A stretch of 32,000 nt of DNA from Nostoc punctiforme PCC 73102 (lineage in GTDB: Bacteria > Cyanobacteriota > Cyanobacteriia > Cyanobacteriales > Nostocaceae), in assembly GCF_000020025.1 (NCBI RefSeq), contig NC_010628.1, forward strand, positions 1,710,001-1,742,000, read 5' to 3'. Each line of letters starts with the position of its first letter. The first letter of the stretch is position 1. The position numbers and the translations under genes were made by a program. The notes under the pieces are model-generated. The model worked only from the letters and a program-made list of their open reading frames with translations. It did not search any database and was not told where the DNA came from. Of this stretch, positions 7,732 through 16,621 are shown one piece after another.

Positions 7732-10700
7732 ATGGCTTCTTTACCTCCCAAAATTGACCAGCGTACCTATGAGGAAATTGTTGAGCAAACCGAGAAGTTA
7801 GTAGAGCAATCTACCGACTGGAAAGCTACACCTGGAAATAAGACTGATGCTGGTGGGGCATTAATTCGCATCTTTGGGCGGATGGTAAAATTAGTCAGCG
7901 ATCGCATCAACCAAGTTCCAGAGAAAAATTTTCTGGCTTTCCTTGATTTAATTGGGGGAGAACTCAAACCTCCCCAACCTGCTAAAGTCCCTTTAACCTT
8001 TTATTTGGCACAAGGAAGCCCCACAGATGCGTTAGTTCCTGCTCATACTCAAGTTTCGGCACCACCAGCAGAGGGTGCTGATGAAGAAATAGTGTTTGAA
8101 ACAGATCGAGAATTAGTTGTCACAACAACGCAATTACAAGCAGTATTCCTGCGCGAACCCAATCAGGATAAGTATAGCGATCTCTCTGAGATGCTTTACG
8201 AGAAGCGCACTTTGTCAGGAACAGGACAACAAGACGGAGCTTTCTTAGCTTTGGAAGGCGATCGCTCTATTACCCATTCTCTTTATATAACTTGTCCCGA
8301 AATTCTTGCTTTACCAGAGTTAAAGGAACTACAACTAATTATTACTACCAATAATACGGTTGAAAGTGTCAATCAATTACAAACTTTACCGCTTAATTGG
8401 TCTTATTGGGATGGTTCTCAATGGCAAAGCATTCAAGCTCCTAGCCAAAGTCAGAACAATAATCAATCTACTATTACTTTTACTTTTGCCAATTTACCTA
8501 TTCCGGCTCCTTATGAGCTTCAAGGAAAAACAGCAAGATGGTTACAAGCCAATTTAAATAATATATCTTCTCTAATTGGTAATTTCCCTCAATTTACCAA
8601 TATTCAAGGTACTATTAATATTAAGCAATCTAACTTAATTCCTGAAGTTTGCTTATTTAATACTACTCCTTTAGACCTTACCAAAGATTTTTATCCCTTT
8701 GGCGAACAACCGGAAATTAATGATACATTTTATATAGCTTTAAACGATACATTTATTAAGCCAAATGCAACTATTAGTATTGATATAATTTTAACTTATA
8801 AACCTGTAAATATAAATAATTTAAAAATTGTCTGGGAAATTGGTAATGGTGGAGTGTGGCAAGAAATAGCAGATAAAAATAATCAACTTAAATGGATAGC
8901 ACAATCATCAGCAATTCAGTTTACTGAAAAAGATACTATCCAGGCGAAGTTACAATTTCCCAGCGCAGAAAACATACCTTCTCCTAGCACTGTAAATGGA
9001 GAAACTCGTTATTGGATTCGCGCTCGGATTACTCAAGGTCATTATGGCAAAGCCGCAGATGAGCGCCTGTATCCTGTTTATGATGACTTGGCAGTTCTGC
9101 GAAAGGAATTCAAACAAGGAGCCAACGAAATTGAAGTTGATACTTTAGATTTATTTAAAACTGGCGATGCAATTCGTATCCTTCCTTATACTGAAGGGTT
9201 TTCAGAAGAAAATAAAATTACACAAATCATCAAAGAGACTAATAGGCTGAAGCTAGAAACTGGAGTTTTGAACACCACCTTAGGGGTTGGGACGCGAATC
9301 ATGCGTAAGTTAATTATCACGGAAACGATTCCTCCAACTTACGATCCACCTCTGCTTAAGTCATTAAAATTAACCTACGAATTTACTCTGACAGAAAAAG
9401 CTATTTATTGTGCTGAGAATGATTTTATCTATTCTCATCCAGAAAAGTCGAGTACACAATCTTTTCAACCTTTTACACCTACGATAGATCGAGAACCAAC
9501 CCTTTATCTGGGGTTTGATAATTCATTTAATAATAAAACAGTTACTCTTTATACACAGTTTGAAGCCCCATTACCAAATGAATTATCTGCTGATATTACA
9601 GAAAAAACCGTCCTTGCATCAACAGTAAATACTGGAGACAAAACGCTACAAATTGCTGATTTAACTGGTTGGCAAACAGGCGATCGCCTACAAATTCAGA
9701 ACCCACTCAATACCAAACAATACGATAACTATATTATTAGTAATATTAGTAATAATTTAGTTACCACCAATCAACCTCTGCAACAAAATTATCCTCAGAA
9801 TACCCCAGTGATTCGCCCCCAGCAACCCCAATTAGTTTGGGAGTATTCTAGTCCTCTGGGTTGGCAACCATTAGGAGTAGAGGACGAAACTCAAGCATTT
9901 TCCCAACCAGGTTTAATTAGATTTATTGCTCCCGCAGACCTTAGCCCTAGAGAAAACTTTGGGAAAAAACTATATTGGTTGCGAGTTCGTTGGGTATCAG
10001 GGAATTTTCGGGTTAAACCTCGTTTACGTCGCTTGTTAACTAATACCATTTGGGCCGTTCAGGCAATTAGTCTCCAAGAAGAAGTATTAGGTTCAAGTAA
10101 CTACGAGCCAAATCAGGTTTTTATTGCCAATAATATTCCCATTTTGATGGGACAGCAGTTAGAAATCCAAGAAGCACAAATTCCCCTAAACATAGAATCT
10201 CATCGCATCAAGGTAATTAAAGATAATTTGGGAGAAATTGATGAAGTTTGGGTACTTTGGCAGGAAGTGGCAGATTTTTACGGTTCTAGTGCGAGCGATC
10301 GCCATTACACTTTGGATCGACAAACAGGCGAAATCCGCTTTGGAAACGGACAAGCCGGGATGATTCCCCCCAGAGGACGTAATAATATTCGATTGTCTTT
10401 TTATCGCACTGGAGGAGGTAAGCAGGGGAACGTCACTGCCCAAACCATTAGCCAACTGAAAACTACCATTCCCTACATCGATCGGGTAATTAACCTGGAA
10501 GCAGCAGCAGGTGGGGCGCAACAGGAAACTTTAGATCGTCTGAAAGAACGAGTACCAAAGCAACTACGTCACCGCGATCGCGCTGTTACTCTTGAGGACA
10601 TAGCAGATTTAGCTTACGAAGCTTCTACAGATGTGGCTAGAGTCAAAGTAGTTACACCAGATTTGCTGACGGCTGATTTTAGCCCTTTGAATGAAAAACT

Positions 10701-11277
10701 TTGGCTCGATCCGACTAAACCAAATGTGCTGTTTGAAGATAGTCTCCGGGAAAAGTTGCAGACAATTAATGCTACCGAAGCAGAGAACTTTGAAAAAATG
10801 ATGCGGGAAATTAACCGTCGTGCAGGGCAAGTTAAGCTAATGATTCTGCCCTACAGTAGCGATCGCCAACCAACCCCTAGTTTAGCTTTACTAGAGCAAG
10901 TCGAAACCTACATTCGTTCCCGTTGTGCGGGGACAGTAGATTTAGTGGTTACAGCCCCAAAATGGCGAGAAGTCACCGTAACTGCAACTATCACTCCTGT
11001 GTTGCTCGAAGATGCAGACATGGTGAGAAATATCGTTAGACAACACTTAGAAGCCTTTCTCCATCCCTTAACTGGGGGAACAGGGGAGGGCTGGCAATTT
11101 GGACGCTACCCGCAGAAATCCGATTTTTACGCCATTATTCAATCTATTACGGGAGTAGATCATGTTAATTCCCTAGAGGTGGAATTACCTACAACAAAAA
11201 GCAAGTCATTACTAAGTGCTGATTCTTTAATTTATTCTGGTCATCACACCGTCAATCTTAGTTCACTTTTAAATTGA
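7732..11277 (+). CDS. Giant baseplate J / gp6-like protein (1181 aa)
   Basis: The N-terminal DQRTYEEIVEQ...ALIRIFGRMVKLVSDRINQVPEKNFLAFLDLIG and C-terminal RDRAVTLEDIADLA...GWQFGRYPQKSDFYAIIQSITGVDHV are the conserved ends of baseplate-J-type proteins. It follows gp25 as in P2 (W then J). Confidence 0.8.
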   Translation: MASLPPKIDQRTYEEIVEQTEKLVEQSTDWKATPGNKTDAGGALIRIFGRMVKLVSDRINQVPEKNFLAFLDLIGGELKPPQPAKVPLTFYLAQGSPTDALVPAHTQVSAPPAEGADEEIVFETDRELVVTTTQLQAVFLREPNQDKYSDLSEMLYEKRTLSGTGQQDGAFLALEGDRSITHSLYITCPEILALPELKELQLIITTNNTVESVNQLQTLPLNWSYWDGSQWQSIQAPSQSQNNNQSTITFTFANLPIPAPYELQGKTARWLQANLNNISSLIGNFPQFTNIQGTINIKQSNLIPEVCLFNTTPLDLTKDFYPFGEQPEINDTFYIALNDTFIKPNATISIDIILTYKPVNINNLKIVWEIGNGGVWQEIADKNNQLKWIAQSSAIQFTEKDTIQAKLQFPSAENIPSPSTVNGETRYWIRARITQGHYGKAADERLYPVYDDLAVLRKEFKQGANEIEVDTLDLFKTGDAIRILPYTEGFSEENKITQIIKETNRLKLETGVLNTTLGVGTRIMRKLIITETIPPTYDPPLLKSLKLTYEFTLTEKAIYCAENDFIYSHPEKSSTQSFQPFTPTIDREPTLYLGFDNSFNNKTVTLYTQFEAPLPNELSADITEKTVLASTVNTGDKTLQIADLTGWQTGDRLQIQNPLNTKQYDNYIISNISNNLVTTNQPLQQNYPQNTPVIRPQQPQLVWEYSSPLGWQPLGVEDETQAFSQPGLIRFIAPADLSPRENFGKKLYWLRVRWVSGNFRVKPRLRRLLTNTIWAVQAISLQEEVLGSSNYEPNQVFIANNIPILMGQQLEIQEAQIPLNIESHRIKVIKDNLGEIDEVWVLWQEVADFYGSSASDRHYTLDRQTGEIRFGNGQAGMIPPRGRNNIRLSFYRTGGGKQGNVTAQTISQLKTTIPYIDRVINLEAAAGGAQQETLDRLKERVPKQLRHRDRAVTLEDIADLAYEASTDVARVKVVTPDLLTADFSPLNEKLWLDPTKPNVLFEDSLREKLQTINATEAENFEKMMREINRRAGQVKLMILPYSSDRQPTPSLALLEQVETYIRSRCAGTVDLVVTAPKWREVTVTATITPVLLEDADMVRNIVRQHLEAFLHPLTGGTGEGWQFGRYPQKSDFYAIIQSITGVDHVNSLEVELPTTKSKSLLSADSLIYSGHHTVNLSSLLN

Positions 11278-11302
11278 TCATTTTGATTACAGAGGAAAAA
11301 AG

Positions 11303-12250
11303 GTGACTTTACCCTTACCCAATCTTGACGATCGCAGCTATGCCAACTTACTAGAAGATGCAATTTCTCAGATTCCGCTTGAATACCCAGAATGGACAGA
11401 TCATAATCCTACAGATACGGGAATTATTCTGATTGAATTATTGGCATGGTTAACAGAAATGGTTCTCTACCGAGTTAATCAAATTCCTGATGAGAATTAT
11501 GCTAGCTTTTTGAGTTTACTTAAAGGAGAGGAATGGAATTTACCCATTAATATTTCTACCCAGGAACGACAAAATATTTTGCAATCAGAAATTCAAAAAA
11601 CTTTATTAGAAGTACGCAAAATTTATCGAGCCATTACTCCAGAAGATTTTGAAAAATTGGTAATTTTCGATTGGAATAAATCACAATATGCTGATAACTT
11701 AAAAATTGCTAGGGTTAAATGTTTAGCACAATGTAATTTAGAGTCAACATCTGATAACTTTGCTAAAGGACATATTAGTTTAGTAGTTGTTCCTGAAGAT
11801 AACGAAATAACTCAAGTAAATAAATATGAACCTTTATTTAAATTTCTTGACGATCGCAGACTTTTAACTACCCGACTGCATATCTTAGAACCTGAGTATG
11901 TATCCATAGCTATAGAATCAGAATTAGTGCTTCAGGATGGCGCACAAGCAGAAGCAGTTAAAACACAGGCAGAAAAGGAAGTCAAGATGTTTTTTGAACC
12001 CCTGCGATCGCAAAAATATTGGCAGGGAAAAGGATGGCCTTTTGGCCGGAGTGTTTATCTATCAGAATTATATAAATTATTAGATGACTTAGAAGGTGTA
12101 GATTATGTTGAAAACCTGCAAATTAAAGATAAGAATAATAACTCTAAATCTGAAATCAATTTAGCAGATAATCAGTTAGTTAAAATCAATCTCAAAGATA
12201 GCAAATTTACAATATTGGTAGAAGTTGGTAATGAACGTAAAAAAATCTGA
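11303..12250 (+). CDS. Mini baseplate-J paralogue (315 aa)
   Basis: GTG start with GAGGA upstream. The N-terminus (DDRSYANLLEDA...IILIELLAWLTEMVLYRVNQIPDENYASFLSLL) and C-terminus (RAITPEDFEKLV...GWPFGRSVYLSELYKLLDDLEGVDYV) align with the two ends of the 1181-aa protein. The central ~870 aa are absent. Confidence 0.7.
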   Translation: MTLPLPNLDDRSYANLLEDAISQIPLEYPEWTDHNPTDTGIILIELLAWLTEMVLYRVNQIPDENYASFLSLLKGEEWNLPINISTQERQNILQSEIQKTLLEVRKIYRAITPEDFEKLVIFDWNKSQYADNLKIARVKCLAQCNLESTSDNFAKGHISLVVVPEDNEITQVNKYEPLFKFLDDRRLLTTRLHILEPEYVSIAIESELVLQDGAQAEAVKTQAEKEVKMFFEPLRSQKYWQGKGWPFGRSVYLSELYKLLDDLEGVDYVENLQIKDKNNNSKSEINLADNQLVKINLKDSKFTILVEVGNERKKI

Positions 12251-13826
12251 ATCAGTTAGTACCTATCATCAATATTTACCAGCAATTCTCCAAAAAGATG
12301 TTTTTATTGCTCAGTTGTTGCTGTCATTTGAAAAAATTCTCAGTGGAGTAAGTGAAACTCCCAGTCAAGAGCAAATTATTACAGCCAAGACTCAAAATAT
12401 ACCAGGATTAGAAGAAATTATTGATAATATTCATGTTTATTTTAATCCTCAACATACTCCAAAGGAATTTTTACCTTGGTTAGCGGGTTGGGTAGCCTTG
12501 AGTTTACGAGATGATTGGGAAGTAGAAGTCAAAAAAGCATTTATTCAACAAATTGTTCACCTATACGGTTTGCGAGGAACAAAAGCAGGATTAATCGAAA
12601 TTTTGAGTATTTATTTAAAAAATTCAGGATTTGGAGAAAAAGTTGAAGTATTCGATCAATTTGATAATTTTCCGAATTATTTTCAAGTTCAACTAACTCT
12701 CAAAGACCGCGATCCTGATAAGTATTGGCGACAGGCTAAAATTGCTAAAGCAATTATCGATAGAGAAAAGCCTGCACAGACATTTTATTCATTAAAAATT
12801 CTTGTGCCAACGATGCAGCTAACTAAGCGATCGCACGTTGCTTATCCTTGCAAATTGTTTGCACCTCCAAAAAATCAAACCTTTGCCATAGAAGCCACGA
12901 TCACTCCCAACAACATTAATAGCATTCCAATTAATCAATTAGCGAACCAGTTAGCTATTCAGATCCAAGGAAACTCGGAATTAATTACCCCTTACTCACC
13001 AGAAACAATTATAACTAATCAATCATTTTCAACTAAACAAAATTTAAATTATCAGCATTTACAAGAAAACTTGGCAGGCTTCAATGTTATATTGTCAAAT
13101 CGAACCGATAAACAGTTTGTGGGCAATTTAACTATCAAGCTGTATTTTTCAATTAATGAAATTGAATATAACAATACACTCCTAGAACAACCTGTAAATT
13201 TATCACCAGTCCTAAAAATTTGTCGTGAAAATGAGAAAAGAGAAATTATTGCAGGAAATACAATTTTTAAACAAAATAGTCAGCCACAACAATCGGGAAT
13301 GAAGCTGACAGAGTTTATATGGACTAAACCCTATAACTTTCTACTGTTTGAACCACCAAAAATTCAGGAGTTACAACCTGATATAACTGCGATTATTGAA
13401 AAAGTGAAATTTGCAGCAATTGTAGAAATTACCCAACCAAATACAATCAACTCAGATTTACTAAATCAAATCACAGTTCGCCTTCAAGATGATGTTTCAG
13501 AATTTTATTTATTGACACCAGAAACTGTCAGACAAAATAATACAATTATAATTAAACGTACTCTTTATTACCAAGAGTTTATACATATAGATAAATTTAC
13601 AGTGATAATCAAAAACCTCAATAATCTTGATATTGCTGGTAAAGTAACTGTTCAAGCTTCCTTAAATATTAATCAGCGCTTATCTACTTATAAAATACTA
13701 GAGCAAACCTTTAACCTCACAGCCGTCTCTCCCTATAATATTTTACAAATTTGCCGTAAAAATGAGGAAGGTAAAATTATTTCTGGTAACACAATTCTAG
13801 GAACAACTAGTCAATCATTGAACTAA
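12231..13826 (+). CDS. P2 gpI-like tail/baseplate protein with a duplicated C-terminal module
   Basis: The N-terminal YLPAILQKD...FLPWLAGWVALSLRDDW....IVHLYGLRGTKAGLIEILSIY matches the gpI-type tail protein domain. The ATG at 12231 is preferred to the TTG at 12225. It overlaps the previous gene by 20 nt. Confidence 0.75.
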   Translation: MNVKKSESVSTYHQYLPAILQKDVFIAQLLLSFEKILSGVSETPSQEQIITAKTQNIPGLEEIIDNIHVYFNPQHTPKEFLPWLAGWVALSLRDDWEVEVKKAFIQQIVHLYGLRGTKAGLIEILSIYLKNSGFGEKVEVFDQFDNFPNYFQVQLTLKDRDPDKYWRQAKIAKAIIDREKPAQTFYSLKILVPTMQLTKRSHVAYPCKLFAPPKNQTFAIEATITPNNINSIPINQLANQLAIQIQGNSELITPYSPETIITNQSFSTKQNLNYQHLQENLAGFNVILSNRTDKQFVGNLTIKLYFSINEIEYNNTLLEQPVNLSPVLKICRENEKREIIAGNTIFKQNSQPQQSGMKLTEFIWTKPYNFLLFEPPKIQELQPDITAIIEKVKFAAIVEITQPNTINSDLLNQITVRLQDDVSEFYLLTPETVRQNNTIIIKRTLYYQEFIHIDKFTVIIKNLNNLDIAGKVTVQASLNINQRLSTYKILEQTFNLTAVSPYNILQICRKNEEGKIISGNTILGTTSQSLN

Positions 13827-13840
13827 ACTCAGGATAAAAA

Positions 13841-15712
13841 ATGGCTAAAACTACTGATTTCACCAATTTTGGTAATGAACGTCCTAACTATTTTGCAGGG
13901 CAATATCTGTTAGAAGATGATTTTGAAATTCAACATAAATATTTTAGCGATCGCCAACGCTACCATAATCAAAGTCTTCATATTTCAGGTATTGTTGAAG
14001 GGTTAGAAGTTGCAGTTATTCAGGATACAAAATCTGTTCAAATTAAATCTGGATCGGCTATCAATACTAGCGGCGATTTAATTATTTTAAAAGAAAATAT
14101 TACATTTTCCGACTTCAAAAATCTCATTGACGGCGTACTCTACATCCAATATGCCCAAGATAAACAAATTCAACAGCAAAAAGATGTACCAGATAGCTAT
14201 ACTCGTTGGATTGAAAAACCTATTTTGGGATTTGCAACTACAATTCCTGAAAATAGCGTCAACCTGGGAAAACTAACAATAGCTCAAAATACCATTACTC
14301 TTGATGCTAACGTTCGGGAATATTCTGGTTTATCCTTACCAAATTCTAATAGTAAAGCTTTAACTCTTCGCTCTGGAGGAAATGCCACTCCAAACTTAGC
14401 AGTTTTGACAGGTAGCTTAAAAATTGATGGGGATTTAACAGTAGCTGGGACAATCTCAGGAACAATAGATACAAAAAATATTACTTCTGGAATATTAAAT
14501 GTTGAAAGAATTCCTAATTTATCGACTGATAAAATCACTTCTGGAACATTAAATGTTGACAGAATCCCTAATTTATCGACTGATAAAATCACTTCTGGAA
14601 CATTAAATGTTGACAGAATCCCTAATTTATCAGCAAATAAAATCACTTCTGGAACAATTGTTGGCGATTTAACTGTTAATGGTAATATTACAGGTAAAAA
14701 CTTATCCCTTTCAGCAGACGGTAGTAAGCGTGGTGTATTATTTCTTGCTTCAATAGGAGACTATAACCACGTACTGTATAATAACCTGTCTAACATAGAT
14801 AATGAGGGAGTGTGGGATGGAGCCAAGTGGAATGTCTTTAACGGATTAAATATCCGAGTAGGAAGTGGTAGCTCTAAAAGTACAGCTTTTTATATCAATA
14901 ATAATGGTAATGTTGCCATTGGCATCAATAATCCAGGTGACTACAAATTAAATGTGCAAGGTAATCAGTTGCTTAAAGGTAGTCTAACTATTCAGGAAGG
15001 TAGAGTTAATCTTGATGGCAGTCAACAAATTGTTTTTTCAGATAATGGAACTACAAACCAGCTGAAATTACAACTTTGGAGTGGATATGGTCTCGGTATT
15101 AATGGTTCTACTTTATTCTATACAGCTAGCGGCAATCATTCTTGGCGAGATAGTCAAAATATTGAAAGAATGTTGTTAAGCACTGCTGTAGATGGTGGGT
15201 TAACAGTCAAAGGAACAGGAAGTTCTTCTTTTGCTGGAAATTTAACTGTAACTGGTTCTTTATCGGTGGGTATATCTGTTGGAAGTACAACGAATATTGA
15301 CCTATCAGGCCATATCCAACTCAAAGAATATGGACAACAGAATATTGCTTTTCTTCAAGCACGAGACGACTCATCCAATCGAAATATTGGTTTGAGAATT
15401 AGAACGCAAACACAAGGTAGTACACAAAGAACCCTTGTAGACGCAGTAACCATTACTCCCAGTGGAGAAATACAGGGAAAGATTTGGTATTCTGACGAAT
15501 ATGTATGGAAGAATGGTCAAACTGATGTCAAGATGGGACACAGTAGTAAATGCGTTGCATTTCTAACATATATGCAAGGAAAATTTGCTGGTAGTGGCGA
15601 ACAAGTTTTTACTTATATAGGAAGTGACGGATATTGGTATCTTGGTGGAAAGCAGGGAGGTGGAGGTGCTGATATAGTCGCCAAAGCAAGATGTATTGGT
15701 TCTCCTAGTTAG
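13841..15712 (+). CDS. Tail-fibre-like protein (623 aa)
   Basis: Its position after gpI-like equals P2 gpH. It has a tandem ITSGTLNVDRIPNLSTDK fibre-type repeat and is Gly/Ser/Asn/Thr-rich with a beta-rich periodicity. Confidence 0.65.
   Translation: MAKTTDFTNFGNERPNYFAGQYLLEDDFEIQHKYFSDRQRYHNQSLHISGIVEGLEVAVIQDTKSVQIKSGSAINTSGDLIILKENITFSDFKNLIDGVLYIQYAQDKQIQQQKDVPDSYTRWIEKPILGFATTIPENSVNLGKLTIAQNTITLDANVREYSGLSLPNSNSKALTLRSGGNATPNLAVLTGSLKIDGDLTVAGTISGTIDTKNITSGILNVERIPNLSTDKITSGTLNVDRIPNLSTDKITSGTLNVDRIPNLSANKITSGTIVGDLTVNGNITGKNLSLSADGSKRGVLFLASIGDYNHVLYNNLSNIDNEGVWDGAKWNVFNGLNIRVGSGSSKSTAFYINNNGNVAIGINNPGDYKLNVQGNQLLKGSLTIQEGRVNLDGSQQIVFSDNGTTNQLKLQLWSGYGLGINGSTLFYTASGNHSWRDSQNIERMLLSTAVDGGLTVKGTGSSSFAGNLTVTGSLSVGISVGSTTNIDLSGHIQLKEYGQQNIAFLQARDDSSNRNIGLRIRTQTQGSTQRTLVDAVTITPSGEIQGKIWYSDEYVWKNGQTDVKMGHSSKCVAFLTYMQGKFAGSGEQVFTYIGSDGYWYLGGKQGGGGADIVAKARCIGSPS
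14480..14662 (+). repeat. In-frame 54-bp (18-aa) tandem repeat, about 3.4 copies, inside the fibre gene
   Basis: Units start at 14480, 14534, 14588 and 14642 (partial). Copies 2 and 3 are nearly identical at nucleotide level. Confidence 0.95.
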
Positions 15713-15759
15713 TGCGATCGCCAAGCTTATAAAATATATTTGCAACTCAATATGACTCT

Positions 15760-16188
15760 ATGGCTGACTTCATTCTCATCACTGGCGATAAAGCCATATT
15801 TAACCCTACTTTTGGACAAGCCATTGTCACCGTCCGTCCAGGCGATCTAGTTGGCACAGGCAAGGATAAAATTAACCAGAAACTAGTCTGTGTAGATGGC
15901 GACGAAAAAAAAGTCATCGTTCCTGGTTGTCCTTATATAACTTCCCAATATAGTATCCCTGGAGTTGGGATACTATCCATTGAATCCCTTGCTGGCAACC
16001 AAAAAGCCAAAAAGACAAAATCTGGTGATAAACCAGTACTGCTCAAAGGTGCTTCATTTAAAGCCAAATTTCAAGTCCTGGTTCCCGCACAAAAACCTTC
16101 TGTACCTAGTCCCATACCCGATGCAACCCCCCAATATTCCGGTACTGGCACATTTATTTCTGTGAATAGCAAAGTCAAAGGAACTTAA
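15760..16188 (+). CDS. Hypothetical 142-aa protein at the distal end of the CIS operon (function unknown; spike-tip, cargo or fibre-chaperone role are guesses)
   Basis: It is an ORF on the same strand, 47 nt after the fibre gene. I recognised no motif with confidence. The C-terminal third is Pro/Ser-rich. Confidence 0.5.
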   Translation: MADFILITGDKAIFNPTFGQAIVTVRPGDLVGTGKDKINQKLVCVDGDEKKVIVPGCPYITSQYSIPGVGILSIESLAGNQKAKKTKSGDKPVLLKGASFKAKFQVLVPAQKPSVPSPIPDATPQYSGTGTFISVNSKVKGT

Positions 16189-16195
16189 TTAAATA

Positions 16196-16429
16196 ATGAA
16201 AGAACAATTAGAAAAACGCCTTACTGAGCTCAAAGCCGAATTGGTATCAGGACAAAAAGTCATGGCAGATTTAGAGGCGAAACAAGCAAATCTGCGCGAT
16301 ACCTTACTGCGGATTAGTGGTGCAATTCAAATTTTGGAAGAACTCACATCTTCTACTAAGCAAGATGATTATCAAAATAATAATTACGTACAAGAGGAAT
16401 CAAACGTTCAATATCAATTAAAAGATTGA
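16196..16429 (+). CDS. Hypothetical 77-aa coiled-coil protein
   Basis: It starts 7 nt after the previous stop. It shows a heptad-like pattern (LEKRLTELKAELVSGQKVMADLEAKQANLRDTLLRISGAIQILEEL) and an acidic/Q/N tail. Confidence 0.5.
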   Translation: MKEQLEKRLTELKAELVSGQKVMADLEAKQANLRDTLLRISGAIQILEELTSSTKQDDYQNNNYVQEESNVQYQLKD

Positions 16430-16621
16430 CATCCCTCTTGATTAAAACATAGGAAATTATGTGCTTTTACCCATAATTTAGCCAAAATTGTGAACCAAGA
16501 TCAGCGATCGCACGGCGGTAAATAGAGTTTTATGACATCTTGAGATGCAAAGATGTAAATAACTTTATCCTTTTCAACAAGGATATGTTAAGACAATACC
16601 AGATAATTGCACTACCAGGTT

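Noticed and set aside
8360-10830. Internal alternative-frame and antisense ORFs inside the 1181-aa J gene (8360-8557+, 10186-10521-, 10609-10830-)
   Set aside because: They lie entirely within a long, family-supported CDS, give low-complexity or odd peptides, and have no independent evidence.
14284-14646. 120-aa minus-strand ORF within the fibre gene
   Set aside because: It is the antisense translation of the 54-bp fibre repeats (a repeated DKLGILSTFNVPEVI pattern) and lies fully inside a well-supported plus-strand CDS.
1-16429. Interpreting the tail cluster as an intact prophage
   Set aside because: The window shows no head, packaging, integrase, repressor or lysis genes, and the downstream flank is cellular. 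However, the window starts inside the sheath gene, so upstream head genes cannot be excluded. This is noted as the refutation test.
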